DNA of 64,000 nucleotides from the IMG/VR virus record IMGVR_UViG_3300022602_000025; one strand, given 5' to 3'. How positions within the stretch are numbered: position 1 is the first letter of the stretch; each line of letters opens with the position of its first letter. The notes under the pieces are model-generated. The model did not search any database. It was not told where the DNA came from and saw nothing but the letters and a program-made list of their open reading frames with translations. A program made the position numbers and the translations under genes. The DNA is from a virus (Duplodnaviria > Caudoviricetes). This document shows, in pieces, positions 20,480 to 30,303 of this stretch.

Positions 20480-22732
20480 ATGGCACAGAATTTAATTAAC
20501 GTTGGGCAGATTATGTTTTACAATGCAGGTACTTATAGTGCCAGCACTGCTTACGCTCGTGATACCGTTGTACAGTACGCTAACCAGACATTTATTTGTG
20601 TGGCTGCGACAGGTACAACTATTACAGGTATCGCACCTTTAAATATTTCAGGTGCTACAGGATACATATTAGGTAACAACACAGGACAGATCAACAAATA
20701 TTATTGGGATCAATTCCAGCCTAACGGTTTAAACTGGAGAGGTGCATGGGCAACAGCAACTGCTTATTTGCCAGGTGACGTAGTAAACTATCGCAATAAT
20801 TCTTATATTTGTCGCCGTGCTCATACATCTAGTTTAAACAACCTAGATCCTTTTTATAACCCATACAATGAATGGGAAGAATTTAGTCACGGCGATGTAC
20901 AGCGTTCTACTAACCGTACAAAAATGTTAATGAAACGCGGTCCTATTGGTTGGAACGGGCATCCTTTTATTCCTAGACCTAACTGGGGCAATTCTGCATA
21001 CGTATGGAATGGAAATATTCCTCGTAATATTTCTTCTACCTTTCAACGTTGGGAATGGGCAAGTTCAGACGGACATTCTAAAACTTGTCGCGTAGCCAAT
21101 CAACTTAGTGTTGGTATGGACGGAAGACTACACGCATCTGGCACCAGCGGTAACTATTCGATGGGACCGAGCGATGTGGCAAGACCAAGTAATCAAGAAA
21201 TAGATCCGTCATGGATGCGTGATTATTGGAACGATCAAAACCCAACACCGGGCACATGGACAACTACATGGCGTAAAGATAATACCGCAGGCCATCCTAC
21301 AGTATTACAGACCTGTCCAGGTTATTACGATATGCTAGTATTGTACAATAACGGTACAGTAGTTAAACATGGTTATGGTGGTATTGGTCAAACATCAGAA
21401 GGTAACTCAAACAACTCAACACGTTATGGTTCTGTACAGATACCATTTCCTCCAGGAACATTCATTGTTAAAATTGCGGTAGGTAACGCAGCAGGGACTG
21501 ACGATAACACTCACTACCTTGCATTAGACTCTGAAGGATTTGTATGGTCGTGGGGACAAAACTATTACGGTCAATTAGGACTAGGTGATGAAGTAACTCA
21601 AGGTAAATCAATCGGTATGTTGAACAACGCAACCTCTGGTGCTACTACTGGTGGTTACTTAGACTATGAAAACGTTGCAAAACGTATTCCTAGATTTGCG
21701 TTTAACGGTTATCGTATTGTGGATATTTTCGCCATGGGACGTTATGCAGGTAGTTCATACGCATTAGACGAAACAGGTGTACTATGGTCATGGGGTTATA
21801 ACGGTTACGGACAGCTAGGTTATCCAACATCAAGCGGTTTCCGTTCTACAGGTAACTCAACAGTACCATTCCAGTTTGGTCGTAGTATTGGTCTAAACTG
21901 GACCTCATACGCAGGTATACAAAAAATACAATGCTGTACAGAAGACGATCCAAACAACGGACAAAGTTCAATATACATCCTAGACGGACAAGGTTACCTA
22001 TGGTGGTGCGGATATAACAACTCATACTCAGTAGGTGACGGTGCTACAACAGCATCAACAGGTACTGGTGGTAACCCGATACGTATTACCAGCTTTGGTA
22101 CAGCAGGCGGTGTAGCAAGTGCTACTATCGCAGGTTTGATTTATAATTTCTGGGTATTAGGTTGGGGTGCCCGTGGTAACACGATATTTGTTATGACAAA
22201 CACTGGTAACGTTTACGGTTGGGGTACTAACAACTATTACGATCTAGGACAAGCAGATACTACTTCAAGAAACTATCCAGTAGTAATTAATGGTATCAAC
22301 AACGTAGCCGTAATGGGTAACGGTGGCCATGGTAACTATAATAGTTCTGCAGCACTTTGCTATATAAACTTTGGCAGTGGTCAAAAGTGGCGTGTCATGA
22401 CAGCAGGATATAACGGATATGGATCACTAGGTATCGGCGAAAATACAAGTAACCAAGGTGCAGGCGGCAACTTAGGCGGTATGTTTATGCGCCCAAGTGG
22501 TTACGGACAGTATTGGTGGCAACCTATGTTATTGCCGGGCGGACTACATAGAGCTAACGAAATCCGTGATGTAATGATGGGCGGTTGGACAAACCAAGAA
22601 TTACTACAGGTATTGTATGAAGATGGTACTCTAATGTGTAATGGTAGTTCTGGTAGCGGTGGTAACTACTATAACATTACACCGCAAAGTATTGACCACC
22701 CAAGTCAAACACAAGTACATAATAGCTTTTAA
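20480..22732 (+). CDS. RCC1/BLIP-II repeat protein with N-terminal CBM5/12-like modules (750 aa)
   Basis: WSWGQNYYGQLGLG, WSWGYNGYGQLG and GYNGYGSLG blades. Also WRGAWATATAYLPGDVVNYRNNSYIC. Confidence 0.8.
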   Translation: MAQNLINVGQIMFYNAGTYSASTAYARDTVVQYANQTFICVAATGTTITGIAPLNISGATGYILGNNTGQINKYYWDQFQPNGLNWRGAWATATAYLPGDVVNYRNNSYICRRAHTSSLNNLDPFYNPYNEWEEFSHGDVQRSTNRTKMLMKRGPIGWNGHPFIPRPNWGNSAYVWNGNIPRNISSTFQRWEWASSDGHSKTCRVANQLSVGMDGRLHASGTSGNYSMGPSDVARPSNQEIDPSWMRDYWNDQNPTPGTWTTTWRKDNTAGHPTVLQTCPGYYDMLVLYNNGTVVKHGYGGIGQTSEGNSNNSTRYGSVQIPFPPGTFIVKIAVGNAAGTDDNTHYLALDSEGFVWSWGQNYYGQLGLGDEVTQGKSIGMLNNATSGATTGGYLDYENVAKRIPRFAFNGYRIVDIFAMGRYAGSSYALDETGVLWSWGYNGYGQLGYPTSSGFRSTGNSTVPFQFGRSIGLNWTSYAGIQKIQCCTEDDPNNGQSSIYILDGQGYLWWCGYNNSYSVGDGATTASTGTGGNPIRITSFGTAGGVASATIAGLIYNFWVLGWGARGNTIFVMTNTGNVYGWGTNNYYDLGQADTTSRNYPVVINGINNVAVMGNGGHGNYNSSAALCYINFGSGQKWRVMTAGYNGYGSLGIGENTSNQGAGGNLGGMFMRPSGYGQYWWQPMLLPGGLHRANEIRDVMMGGWTNQELLQVLYEDGTLMCNGSSGSGGNYYNITPQSIDHPSQTQVHNSF

Positions 22733-22749
22733 AGAACACAGGAGTAACA

Positions 22750-23352
22750 ATGAGACAAAAATTTACAAGTCCAAGAAAACTGTTTTCAACAGTTGATCAA
22801 GGACATTCGGAAGGATTTGATTTTCCAGGAAGACATTTGCCTGGACCAGAAGCCCCAAGACTAACAGAAGACAAAACATACGACGGTAGAAATTTCTATG
22901 CAGGAGATTTTGATCCAGAATGGCAATATCCAGACGAAGAAAATACATTCTTAGGATCATATAACGGCCGCATATATCACAGCATACGTGGAGATATTTC
23001 TACAGACTTAGCAGATTTAGGGTCCGATCCTACACCCATGGATCCACAAACACACGCTACAGTCGGTCAAGATGTTTATAACTATCTTTCTACATCACCA
23101 TTTTTAATAGATGTATTTGGAGTATATGGTTTGCAAGGAACAGCAGATTCTAGATTGCGTGATATGTTTCCTAATGCGGCTGCGTTAAAATCAGCTATTG
23201 ATAAAAATCCAAATGTTATCACAGAATTCTTTTCACAGGACGCAACTTCTGTAGATGAAGTAATGGCTGCATTAGGTGTGGTGTTAGATAATTCTGCAAC
23301 AACGTCAACTAACACATCAACAACATCAACAAGTGTATCAGGCACAGTATAA
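22750..23352 (+). CDS. Hypothetical protein within the RCC1 cluster (200 aa)
   Basis: Good SD (acaggag) and tight spacing between RCC1 paralogues 2 and 3. No family recognised. Confidence 0.6.
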   Translation: MRQKFTSPRKLFSTVDQGHSEGFDFPGRHLPGPEAPRLTEDKTYDGRNFYAGDFDPEWQYPDEENTFLGSYNGRIYHSIRGDISTDLADLGSDPTPMDPQTHATVGQDVYNYLSTSPFLIDVFGVYGLQGTADSRLRDMFPNAAALKSAIDKNPNVITEFFSQDATSVDEVMAALGVVLDNSATTSTNTSTTSTSVSGTV

Positions 23353-23365
23353 TAAGGGATAAGAT

Positions 23366-26200
23366 ATGCCATCAAATAGACAATCGGGCGTTTTAGATTT
23401 TACAGCTCTAAAGTACAATTGGAGAGGTGAATGGTCTACTGCCGGTATCTACAGTAAAAACGATATTGTTCGTTTTAACGGACGCACATATTTCTGTAAT
23501 ACAGATCTATTATTTGAACAAGGCCTTGCAGGTCCTGCATATGGCCCAGCAAACATTCTAATAACTGGCGACGGATATACCGCAGGTGAGGTAGCACCTA
23601 CTACATGGAACATGAGTCCAGTCGCTAACATAGAACCAACTAACATGTCGCCGTCTGCCCTAAACGGCAACTATGTTAACCCAAATACAAACCCATTTGG
23701 TACACAAAGTTATCCACGTCCACAACCTGGCGGATTCCAATACGGTTTTAGAAAAAGTTACGGTACTACAGCAGCTTGGGATACTTCAATTTATTCAGTA
23801 GAATATTATAACAACTCAGCTTACATCAGTGCTCAAGCACCGCAGACTAATGCTTATATCATGTTTGGATTTACTACTCAGCCAACTGTAAGTAACTCCT
23901 ATGCTAACATTAACTATGCTTGGTATTATTCAGCAGATACAACACTGCAAATTTACGAAAGCGGTTCCCCCATCGGTGCTTTTGGTAACTATACGCCAAG
24001 TACAAAATGTACTATCACTTACGACGGCAAGTACATACGCTACATCAGAGACGGTATCGTATGGCGCACGGTTGATCGTACGGTAAACACGATTACTCCG
24101 ACTCCGTTATATGCACAAGCGGCATTTTATACTCAAGGCGCAGGTACTAGCCAATATTCACAATTATCTAATATAACATACGGTTCAGGTAGACCAAACG
24201 CATACTGGACAGAGCATACTGATGGATTCTTATTCCGCGGCGGTTGGATGGCCATGAGAAAATACTATCCTGGCGATATTGTTAAATTACGCGGTGACGT
24301 TTATCTATGTAAAAATTACAACTATAACGGTCATCCATTATATAAAAACGGCTACTTCCCAAATACAACAGACGGTACATACGCTACTACTCCTAATCCC
24401 GATTGGAAAAGGATTGGTACAGGTATCCGTGCCATGGACGACAAATATGTAGAAATGTTGCCTAACATGAATCCGTTAGGTTGGACCAAATATCCAGACA
24501 GTTGGGGCGGAGAACCAGGCAAATCACCAGTTCAGCAACGTTACCACTTCTTCACAGCATCTGGAAAAGTCTATCTAATGGGCGAAGCAAATACCAATAA
24601 CAATAACGGTTCTGGAATCAGTTCAGAAAATGGAACACAATGGATCGCAACTCCGGCTGTTTCAATGGTGTTTGAATTAATGGATTACAAATACGGTCGT
24701 CTACCAGGATATCAAGGAAACCCGCCTAAATGTATACAGGTAGTAGGTAATGACTGGTGGGGTATGGCCCTGTTTGACAATGGCGAATTATATCACTGGG
24801 GTTATGGTGGTGCTGGAAACACAGGTGACGGTACAACTAGTGACTGGGCATACCCACGTCGAGTTGGTTATGTTAATGGTACACACTACTATCAGAACAG
24901 TGGTACAGGTGCAGGCTACTTAGCAACTACTCGTATTGTTAAGATTGGTACAGCACCTGGCGGTAGCAACGGCGATGCGCAGCACTCATGTATCGTGCTT
25001 GATTCTAACGGAAGTCTGTGGTCATGGGGTTACAACGGATACGGCCAATTAGGCTTAGGCAGTTATGCTAACTACTCTGTCCCTACTAAGATCAACCAAA
25101 ACTTCTTTGAAGGTGTGCAGATAGTCGACTGCTGGAACAACGGCGGTAACTCATATACAGCTACTTTTGCTCTAGATGCCAACGGTCAGCTATGGGCATG
25201 TGGTTATAACGGTTACGGTCAATTAGGTACAGGTAACACACGTAACGAACCTTCTTTCCGTCTAGTACAATATAACTGGAATAGATACGGTGGTATTAAG
25301 AAAGTACAGTTCTGTTCTAACCAACAGTATGGCGCCTCTTATGTATTAACCAATGATGGAACTTTCCATGCTTGCGGACGTATGAGTAACTCATCAGCAG
25401 CTGCGATTGGTACTACACAAAACCAAGGTTACATACAGGTATTCCGTCCTTATCCTAACATGATGACAGGTAACTTGTTACCTCCAGATGGAACAGCAAG
25501 TTCAACAAGACCAAACTATCAGACTAACGTGCTAAACAACTTAGACAACTTCTGGGTAGTTGGTATGTATTCAGGTGATAACAATACGTTTATCCTTAAA
25601 GAAAAAAATACAGGTGTTGTTTATGGTATGGGATATAACCCAAATAACTGCCTAGCATTTTTACCTCAATCGTACTTAAACGAAGCAGCTGATGGATACT
25701 ATACAGGTAGAAACTATTACCCAATCCCTATCAATATCAACATGCCCGATCTAGTATTTGTCGGAGGTAGCTTAACAGAAACTGGAACTAAGACTCTAGC
25801 GTTTGTTATGGATAATGGTAAAGTTTATACAGCAGGTGCTAATGATAGCGGATCTGCAGGTTGGGGCTGGGACGGACAAGGTCTAGTAGGTGACTTTGCT
25901 CTTTCAGGCATGAACGAATATGATACTACATTCCGTTCAGACTCTAATAAAACTTACTATGGTATGCGCCAAACAGAACGTATCGCTCTGTGCAATCACT
26001 GTTATAATGAATCTAGCGGTGCGATGTATTTGATTTCTGAAAATCAAATGCTGATGTACATCGGTTACAATGACGTGTACGCACTAGCAGGATATAACAA
26101 ATGGCCGGAAAGTAATAACCCACCGTCTGGTAAGAGCTCTTACTATCTAGGGCGCAGTAACAATCCAAATCAACGTAACACAGTACGTGTAATGTATTAA
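23366..26200 (+). CDS. RCC1/BLIP-II repeat protein with CBM5/12-like modules and an extra beta-sandwich insert (944 aa)
   Basis: WSWGYNGYGQLGLG and ACGYNGYGQLGTG blades, plus WRGEWSTAGIYSKNDIVRFNG and FRGGWMAMRKYYPGDIVKL modules. Insert at ~23620-24200. Confidence 0.8.
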   Translation: MPSNRQSGVLDFTALKYNWRGEWSTAGIYSKNDIVRFNGRTYFCNTDLLFEQGLAGPAYGPANILITGDGYTAGEVAPTTWNMSPVANIEPTNMSPSALNGNYVNPNTNPFGTQSYPRPQPGGFQYGFRKSYGTTAAWDTSIYSVEYYNNSAYISAQAPQTNAYIMFGFTTQPTVSNSYANINYAWYYSADTTLQIYESGSPIGAFGNYTPSTKCTITYDGKYIRYIRDGIVWRTVDRTVNTITPTPLYAQAAFYTQGAGTSQYSQLSNITYGSGRPNAYWTEHTDGFLFRGGWMAMRKYYPGDIVKLRGDVYLCKNYNYNGHPLYKNGYFPNTTDGTYATTPNPDWKRIGTGIRAMDDKYVEMLPNMNPLGWTKYPDSWGGEPGKSPVQQRYHFFTASGKVYLMGEANTNNNNGSGISSENGTQWIATPAVSMVFELMDYKYGRLPGYQGNPPKCIQVVGNDWWGMALFDNGELYHWGYGGAGNTGDGTTSDWAYPRRVGYVNGTHYYQNSGTGAGYLATTRIVKIGTAPGGSNGDAQHSCIVLDSNGSLWSWGYNGYGQLGLGSYANYSVPTKINQNFFEGVQIVDCWNNGGNSYTATFALDANGQLWACGYNGYGQLGTGNTRNEPSFRLVQYNWNRYGGIKKVQFCSNQQYGASYVLTNDGTFHACGRMSNSSAAAIGTTQNQGYIQVFRPYPNMMTGNLLPPDGTASSTRPNYQTNVLNNLDNFWVVGMYSGDNNTFILKEKNTGVVYGMGYNPNNCLAFLPQSYLNEAADGYYTGRNYYPIPININMPDLVFVGGSLTETGTKTLAFVMDNGKVYTAGANDSGSAGWGWDGQGLVGDFALSGMNEYDTTFRSDSNKTYYGMRQTERIALCNHCYNESSGAMYLISENQMLMYIGYNDVYALAGYNKWPESNNPPSGKSSYYLGRSNNPNQRNTVRVMY

Positions 26201-26213
26201 GAAAGGAATTTAA

Positions 26214-26651
26214 ATGGCTAGTCCACAAACAGCATTAAGTTGTGTTTCAAATATCTTTATTAAGATGATGGAATTTCAATCAGGTGACGTTGAAGAATTA
26301 CATCGTCATATTTTTGATCACACACAGGTCCTTGCATCAGGCACAGTTAAAATTACTGTGAATTCTGTAGAGTCTGTGTTTGAAGCACCTAAGTTATTGT
26401 TCATTGCTAAGAATACTCCTCATAGAGTAGAAGCGATCACTCCTGCGGTAGTACTATGTGTACACGGTCTTCGTGATGGTTACGGCGTTGACGATATTAT
26501 CGATCCAGCAGGCGTTCCAGAAGGTACAAAAGGATCAGTAATAGGTCGTGCAGATCTAACAGGTAAACATATACTACCATTAATCTATGGTAAAGATCCA
26601 AACGAGTGTTGCACTCAAATTGAGACTGTCTATATAAAGAATGAAAGTTAA
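26214..26651 (+). CDS. Cupin-domain protein
   Basis: HRHIFDHTQVLASGTVKI...LFIAKNTPHRVEA gives the two cupin motifs with His metal ligands. Confidence 0.75.
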   Translation: MASPQTALSCVSNIFIKMMEFQSGDVEELHRHIFDHTQVLASGTVKITVNSVESVFEAPKLLFIAKNTPHRVEAITPAVVLCVHGLRDGYGVDDIIDPAGVPEGTKGSVIGRADLTGKHILPLIYGKDPNECCTQIETVYIKNES

Positions 26652-27180
26652 GCTAGTACAGGATGTGATCACAGAAGAAGAAAGAATAGAACTTCGTGAT
26701 TATGTCCTGAATAACTTAGATCAGTTTCATCTAGGAATTGATAAACTACATTTTAGAGTTTCGTCTCGCCTTTCAAATAGACTTAGCGGAGATAAAATCG
26801 TTTATCCGCCCGCGGTATATGCGGTACAAGAAAGGCTTAGAAGGCTTATTCCACCAAATCACAAGATAGAACATCTGCACGGTAAAGACGGACTAGTAGT
26901 CTGTATTACTTACAACGGTGGAGATACTTATCTACATCGAGATCCTAGATCAGATCCTGTCTTAGAAACTTTAAGATGCAATATCTGTGTCAGTGCACCT
27001 GAAGACGGTGCTATAGTTTATGTTGAAGACAGGCCATTTCAGTTACGTGAACGAGAAATGATGCAATACATGGTAACAAAACATTACCATCAGGTAACTA
27101 AAACTATTGGCGACAAGCCAAGAATCTTATATCAATTTGGTTTTTTGGTTAAAGCGGAAGAGTGGGAATCAACTGATTAA
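26641..27180 (+). CDS. 2OG-Fe(II) oxygenase superfamily protein
   Basis: HxD (LHRD), a distal His (HYHQV) and a terminal Arg (KPRIL), all in a DSBH-like pattern. Confidence 0.7.
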   Translation: MKVKLVQDVITEEERIELRDYVLNNLDQFHLGIDKLHFRVSSRLSNRLSGDKIVYPPAVYAVQERLRRLIPPNHKIEHLHGKDGLVVCITYNGGDTYLHRDPRSDPVLETLRCNICVSAPEDGAIVYVEDRPFQLREREMMQYMVTKHYHQVTKTIGDKPRILYQFGFLVKAEEWESTD

Positions 27181-27597
27181 ATCTAATACAGTTTGTATTT
27201 TTGCTTTTGTAGTTCTGCTAGTAAGTGTATTTTTCAACCCAGTGTGTAACGGCTTAGGCCAGTTATCAATACTAACCCAACAGTAACCTCTGTGTTCGTC
27301 ATTAAGTTGCGGAATAAATTCTTGTTCAACTATCAACACGTATGTATGATAATAAAACAGTTCGTCTTTTGAACTGTAGTATTCAATAGGCACTGGCTTA
27401 GATATCGCAGGAACAAATCCTAGTTCTTCGTTAATTTCGCGTTGTAGTGCTTCGTAAGGTGTGGCATCAGAAGGTTCTTTTTTGCCTCCTGCAATACCCC
27501 AAGTTCCTGCTGTCTTACCCTGATTGCGTAGTAAAAATAAAAAACGCTTGGTATTACGAGCTAGGAATATTCCGCCACTACAAACTATATCTGTCAT
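27169..27597 (-). CDS. Nudix hydrolase
   Basis: Nudix box GGKKEPSDATPYEALQREINEELG. Start moved to the ATG at 27597, which overlaps the TGA of the upstream gp15-like gene. Confidence 0.9.
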   Translation of the reverse strand: MTDIVCSGGIFLARNTKRFLFLLRNQGKTAGTWGIAGGKKEPSDATPYEALQREINEELGFVPAISKPVPIEYYSSKDELFYYHTYVLIVEQEFIPQLNDEHRGYCWVSIDNWPKPLHTGLKNTLTSRTTKAKIQTVLDLIS

Positions 27598-29054
27598 AGA
27601 ACTAATCGCCATTGACCTGGATCGTATATGCCCTCAAAACTCTTGTTCCAGCTTTGACCATCCCACGCATATTGTATACCAGTACGTGCATTAGTTATGT
27701 AGGTTAGCTCAGTGATTTCCGCAGAATTGAATAAGATGTTCCACTGTGCGCCGTCCCATTGTACTATATCATTTGCATGAGCAACAAGATATGTTCCATT
27801 AGTATTTTGCCATGCTTTAGCAACATTACTAGAATCTATTCCATCCGCAGTATTGATATCTTCTAAAATCAAGTATCTGCTATCCGTAGCTGCCCAACCT
27901 AAAACGCCATACTGATCGTAAGGTCTTGGATTAAATGTTTCTGGATTTATGATAGCATCTATAGTACCGCGAGTGTACGCATTGTCTAGAGATGTTAATA
28001 ACGTATTCATCGGAATCGTATCATTATCAAAGTTAATAACTAGTATCGAATCATCAGTCGGGCTAACACTCAGATACCCTACTATTTCATTTCCATCTGG
28101 TTTCGCTAGTCTAATCTGACTTAGGCCAGCAATAAATTGTCCAGGGTATTGATCTAAAATAGTAAGCCAGTTTGCAGAACCTGCAATTGATTGTCCTTGA
28201 CCTTGGTCGATATCTTGATTATTAACTGTATTATTTTTAGCCTTAATTAATTTTGCTGTATTATCTAAAATTAAAACACTAAAGTTTCCTAGTGTAGTAA
28301 TATCTACGCTTACAGAATTGCGTCCACTAAAATAGTCAGTAGTTTCTGGGTCTACGTAATTAGTAGATTCATTTTGTCCAGATGCATCATCATACAAGCT
28401 GGTGATGATCTTCGTAATAACTCCTAACTTTTTAACTTTAGCAGGAGTAGTAAGCCATATAGGTGTTGTGAAATTTAAAGTAGCGATATCTATATCTTGT
28501 TCCATACCTTGAGGAATTGAACGGCTACTAAACACCATGTCTGTTAATTCTACTAGACTTAAACTAGTCCAGTCTAAAAAGTTGTTGTTAGTCTGTATTT
28601 CTAAAGACGGATTAAACAATACCAGCAACTGTTCTAGTATCTGTAATTTTTGATCTGTGTTAGTAGTCCAAATATCTGCCGTAAATTTTAGTGTAAAAGG
28701 AGTAGGCATTATACGCTCAACGGTATAATTTGCACCCTGTACATTTAGATATTCATTACCTTGTTCATCAAAGGCACGTTCACGAATATTGTATTTGTTT
28801 ACATACGTAGGATCTGCTAAACGTTCACGGGCAAAATCCATGCTCTTAATGTAACAAGCAATGAATGGAGCACTTTGTACAATGTTTTCGCTGTTCTTTT
28901 TCATCACCTGTGCAACTTGGCGATTCATATCTCCGTAGCGGACAGGGATCTGTGTAAGTTTACCCTTAGCATCCTTGTAGCTAAAGTTACTCATGATACG
29001 CATGAACTGTGTCAGGTATCGCTTGATCTGACCGTCATAAAAGAATTCACTCAT
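27594..29054 (-). CDS. gp15: Tail terminator / sheath stabiliser (T4 gp15-like) with C-terminal extension
   Basis: FFYDGQIKRYLTQF...IPVRYGD and MPTPFTLKF..IWT.NTDQKLQILEQLLVLFNP. Adjacent to gp14/gp13 homologues. Confidence 0.8.
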   Translation of the reverse strand: MSEFFYDGQIKRYLTQFMRIMSNFSYKDAKGKLTQIPVRYGDMNRQVAQVMKKNSENIVQSAPFIACYIKSMDFARERLADPTYVNKYNIRERAFDEQGNEYLNVQGANYTVERIMPTPFTLKFTADIWTTNTDQKLQILEQLLVLFNPSLEIQTNNNFLDWTSLSLVELTDMVFSSRSIPQGMEQDIDIATLNFTTPIWLTTPAKVKKLGVITKIITSLYDDASGQNESTNYVDPETTDYFSGRNSVSVDITTLGNFSVLILDNTAKLIKAKNNTVNNQDIDQGQGQSIAGSANWLTILDQYPGQFIAGLSQIRLAKPDGNEIVGYLSVSPTDDSILVINFDNDTIPMNTLLTSLDNAYTRGTIDAIINPETFNPRPYDQYGVLGWAATDSRYLILEDINTADGIDSSNVAKAWQNTNGTYLVAHANDIVQWDGAQWNILFNSAEITELTYITNARTGIQYAWDGQSWNKSFEGIYDPGQWRLVL

Positions 29055-30274
29055 TAATTATCTGCCTTTGGTTTTAATACTTGGCTCAGTGCCTGACGTT
29101 CTTGAACAACCTTGCCAGCAATAGTAGCTGTGTTGTTATTGTTAATAAAGCTGGTACGCTGTGTTTGACGTGTACCAATTGGGTTTACAGGTGCACCTGA
29201 CTTGTCAGGAGTACCATCTGCAGAGTTATAAGTGTTAGATAGATTCATACGGACTGCATCATCAAATTTAGTCCAACGCTGTCCGTCATAGCGGAATAAG
29301 CGATTAGGAAAATAGTCTGTTCTTAAATGGAACTGTCCTTTTTCTGCATTAGCAGGAAAGGTGATACCAAATGAATATGCTGCTCCGTTAGGTGGTTTAC
29401 CATTGCCTGTTAAGTAACCTACATAGTATTCTTTTGTTGGTGACTGTAACACCAAGCTAGCATCTAAACTGTCTGCACTAGCATCTTGATCAGTAATACT
29501 TGCATCTTCTAAAGCAAGTGTGCCGTCAGGATTCTGTGGCATTACATATAGTTGATGTGTGTCATAGCCGCTAGTAGGCGCATCTAATTCTGCTTGAGCA
29601 ACAATAGCATTGTTGATTTCAATACTAGTGTTGTAAGTACTTAGGAGATCTCCTAATGTCGTACCGTCACCTTGACCTGCATCAGCACCAAGTATTTCTG
29701 AGTATTCTTGGCTGTCAACTAACGGTACGCATTTTGCACGGATCAAGTGCGGATACCATGTTTGACTGAAGCCATTTGCAGCACGAGTTACATCTTGGAT
29801 AACATAAAATCTTTTTAATGCTGTCATTACATTAGGCTCATCTAAAGCGTATTCATCTTTTAAATGAGGTAATTCAATAACATCACCTGCCATTAATTTT
29901 CTATCTAGAGTATCTACACACCCACGCAAGTGGAAATGAATGTAGATATTATCGTTGTTTAAAAATATACCAAACTGACTTAGGTTGAAATCTAAGTCCT
30001 GCATTTGATATATTCCACGTAGAACGTAAATATCAGGATCGTAGTGACGATCACGATTTTCCATTAGAATTAGATCTTGTATTCCTAATTCTGGTGTAGG
30101 ATTAGTTTGTGTAGGAACTCCCGGAGTGGCTGTACCTTCTTCAGGGCTAACAGGACCTAAGTATTTGTGGACAAAGACGTCTGTTCCGCCTACTTGAAAC
30201 TGTTCAGCAATATTCCTATCAATAAATTTAAAATCGTTGCCTTTTTCAGGGCGGTAAAGAGAGAGTCTTGGCAT
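29054..30274 (-). CDS. gp14: Neck / head-closure protein (T4 gp14-like)
   Basis: FLNNDNIYIHFH...AGDVIELPHL...WYPHLIRAKC, located in the neck gene cluster. Confidence 0.75.
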   Translation of the reverse strand: MPRLSLYRPEKGNDFKFIDRNIAEQFQVGGTDVFVHKYLGPVSPEEGTATPGVPTQTNPTPELGIQDLILMENRDRHYDPDIYVLRGIYQMQDLDFNLSQFGIFLNNDNIYIHFHLRGCVDTLDRKLMAGDVIELPHLKDEYALDEPNVMTALKRFYVIQDVTRAANGFSQTWYPHLIRAKCVPLVDSQEYSEILGADAGQGDGTTLGDLLSTYNTSIEINNAIVAQAELDAPTSGYDTHQLYVMPQNPDGTLALEDASITDQDASADSLDASLVLQSPTKEYYVGYLTGNGKPPNGAAYSFGITFPANAEKGQFHLRTDYFPNRLFRYDGQRWTKFDDAVRMNLSNTYNSADGTPDKSGAPVNPIGTRQTQRTSFINNNNTATIAGKVVQERQALSQVLKPKADN

Positions 30275-30281
30275 AGTAGTG

Positions 30282-30298
30282 TATTTATAGGCTAAATA
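30282..30298. promoter_or_regulatory. Back-to-back T4-type late promoters for gp14 (-) and gp13 (+)
   Basis: TATAAATA on the - strand (30282-30289) ends 7 nt before the gp14 ATG. TAAATA on the + strand (30293-30298) ends 5 nt before the gp13 ATG. Confidence 0.75.
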
Positions 30299-30303
30299 TC
30301 GTT

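Noticed and set aside
11985-26200. Diversity-generating retroelement acting on fibre or RCC1 tips
   Set aside because: No reverse transcriptase or Avd-like gene was seen. The similar DNA segments I compared (e.g. ~12580 vs ~16180) differ at synonymous sites of all bases, not only at adenines. A template outside the window cannot be excluded.
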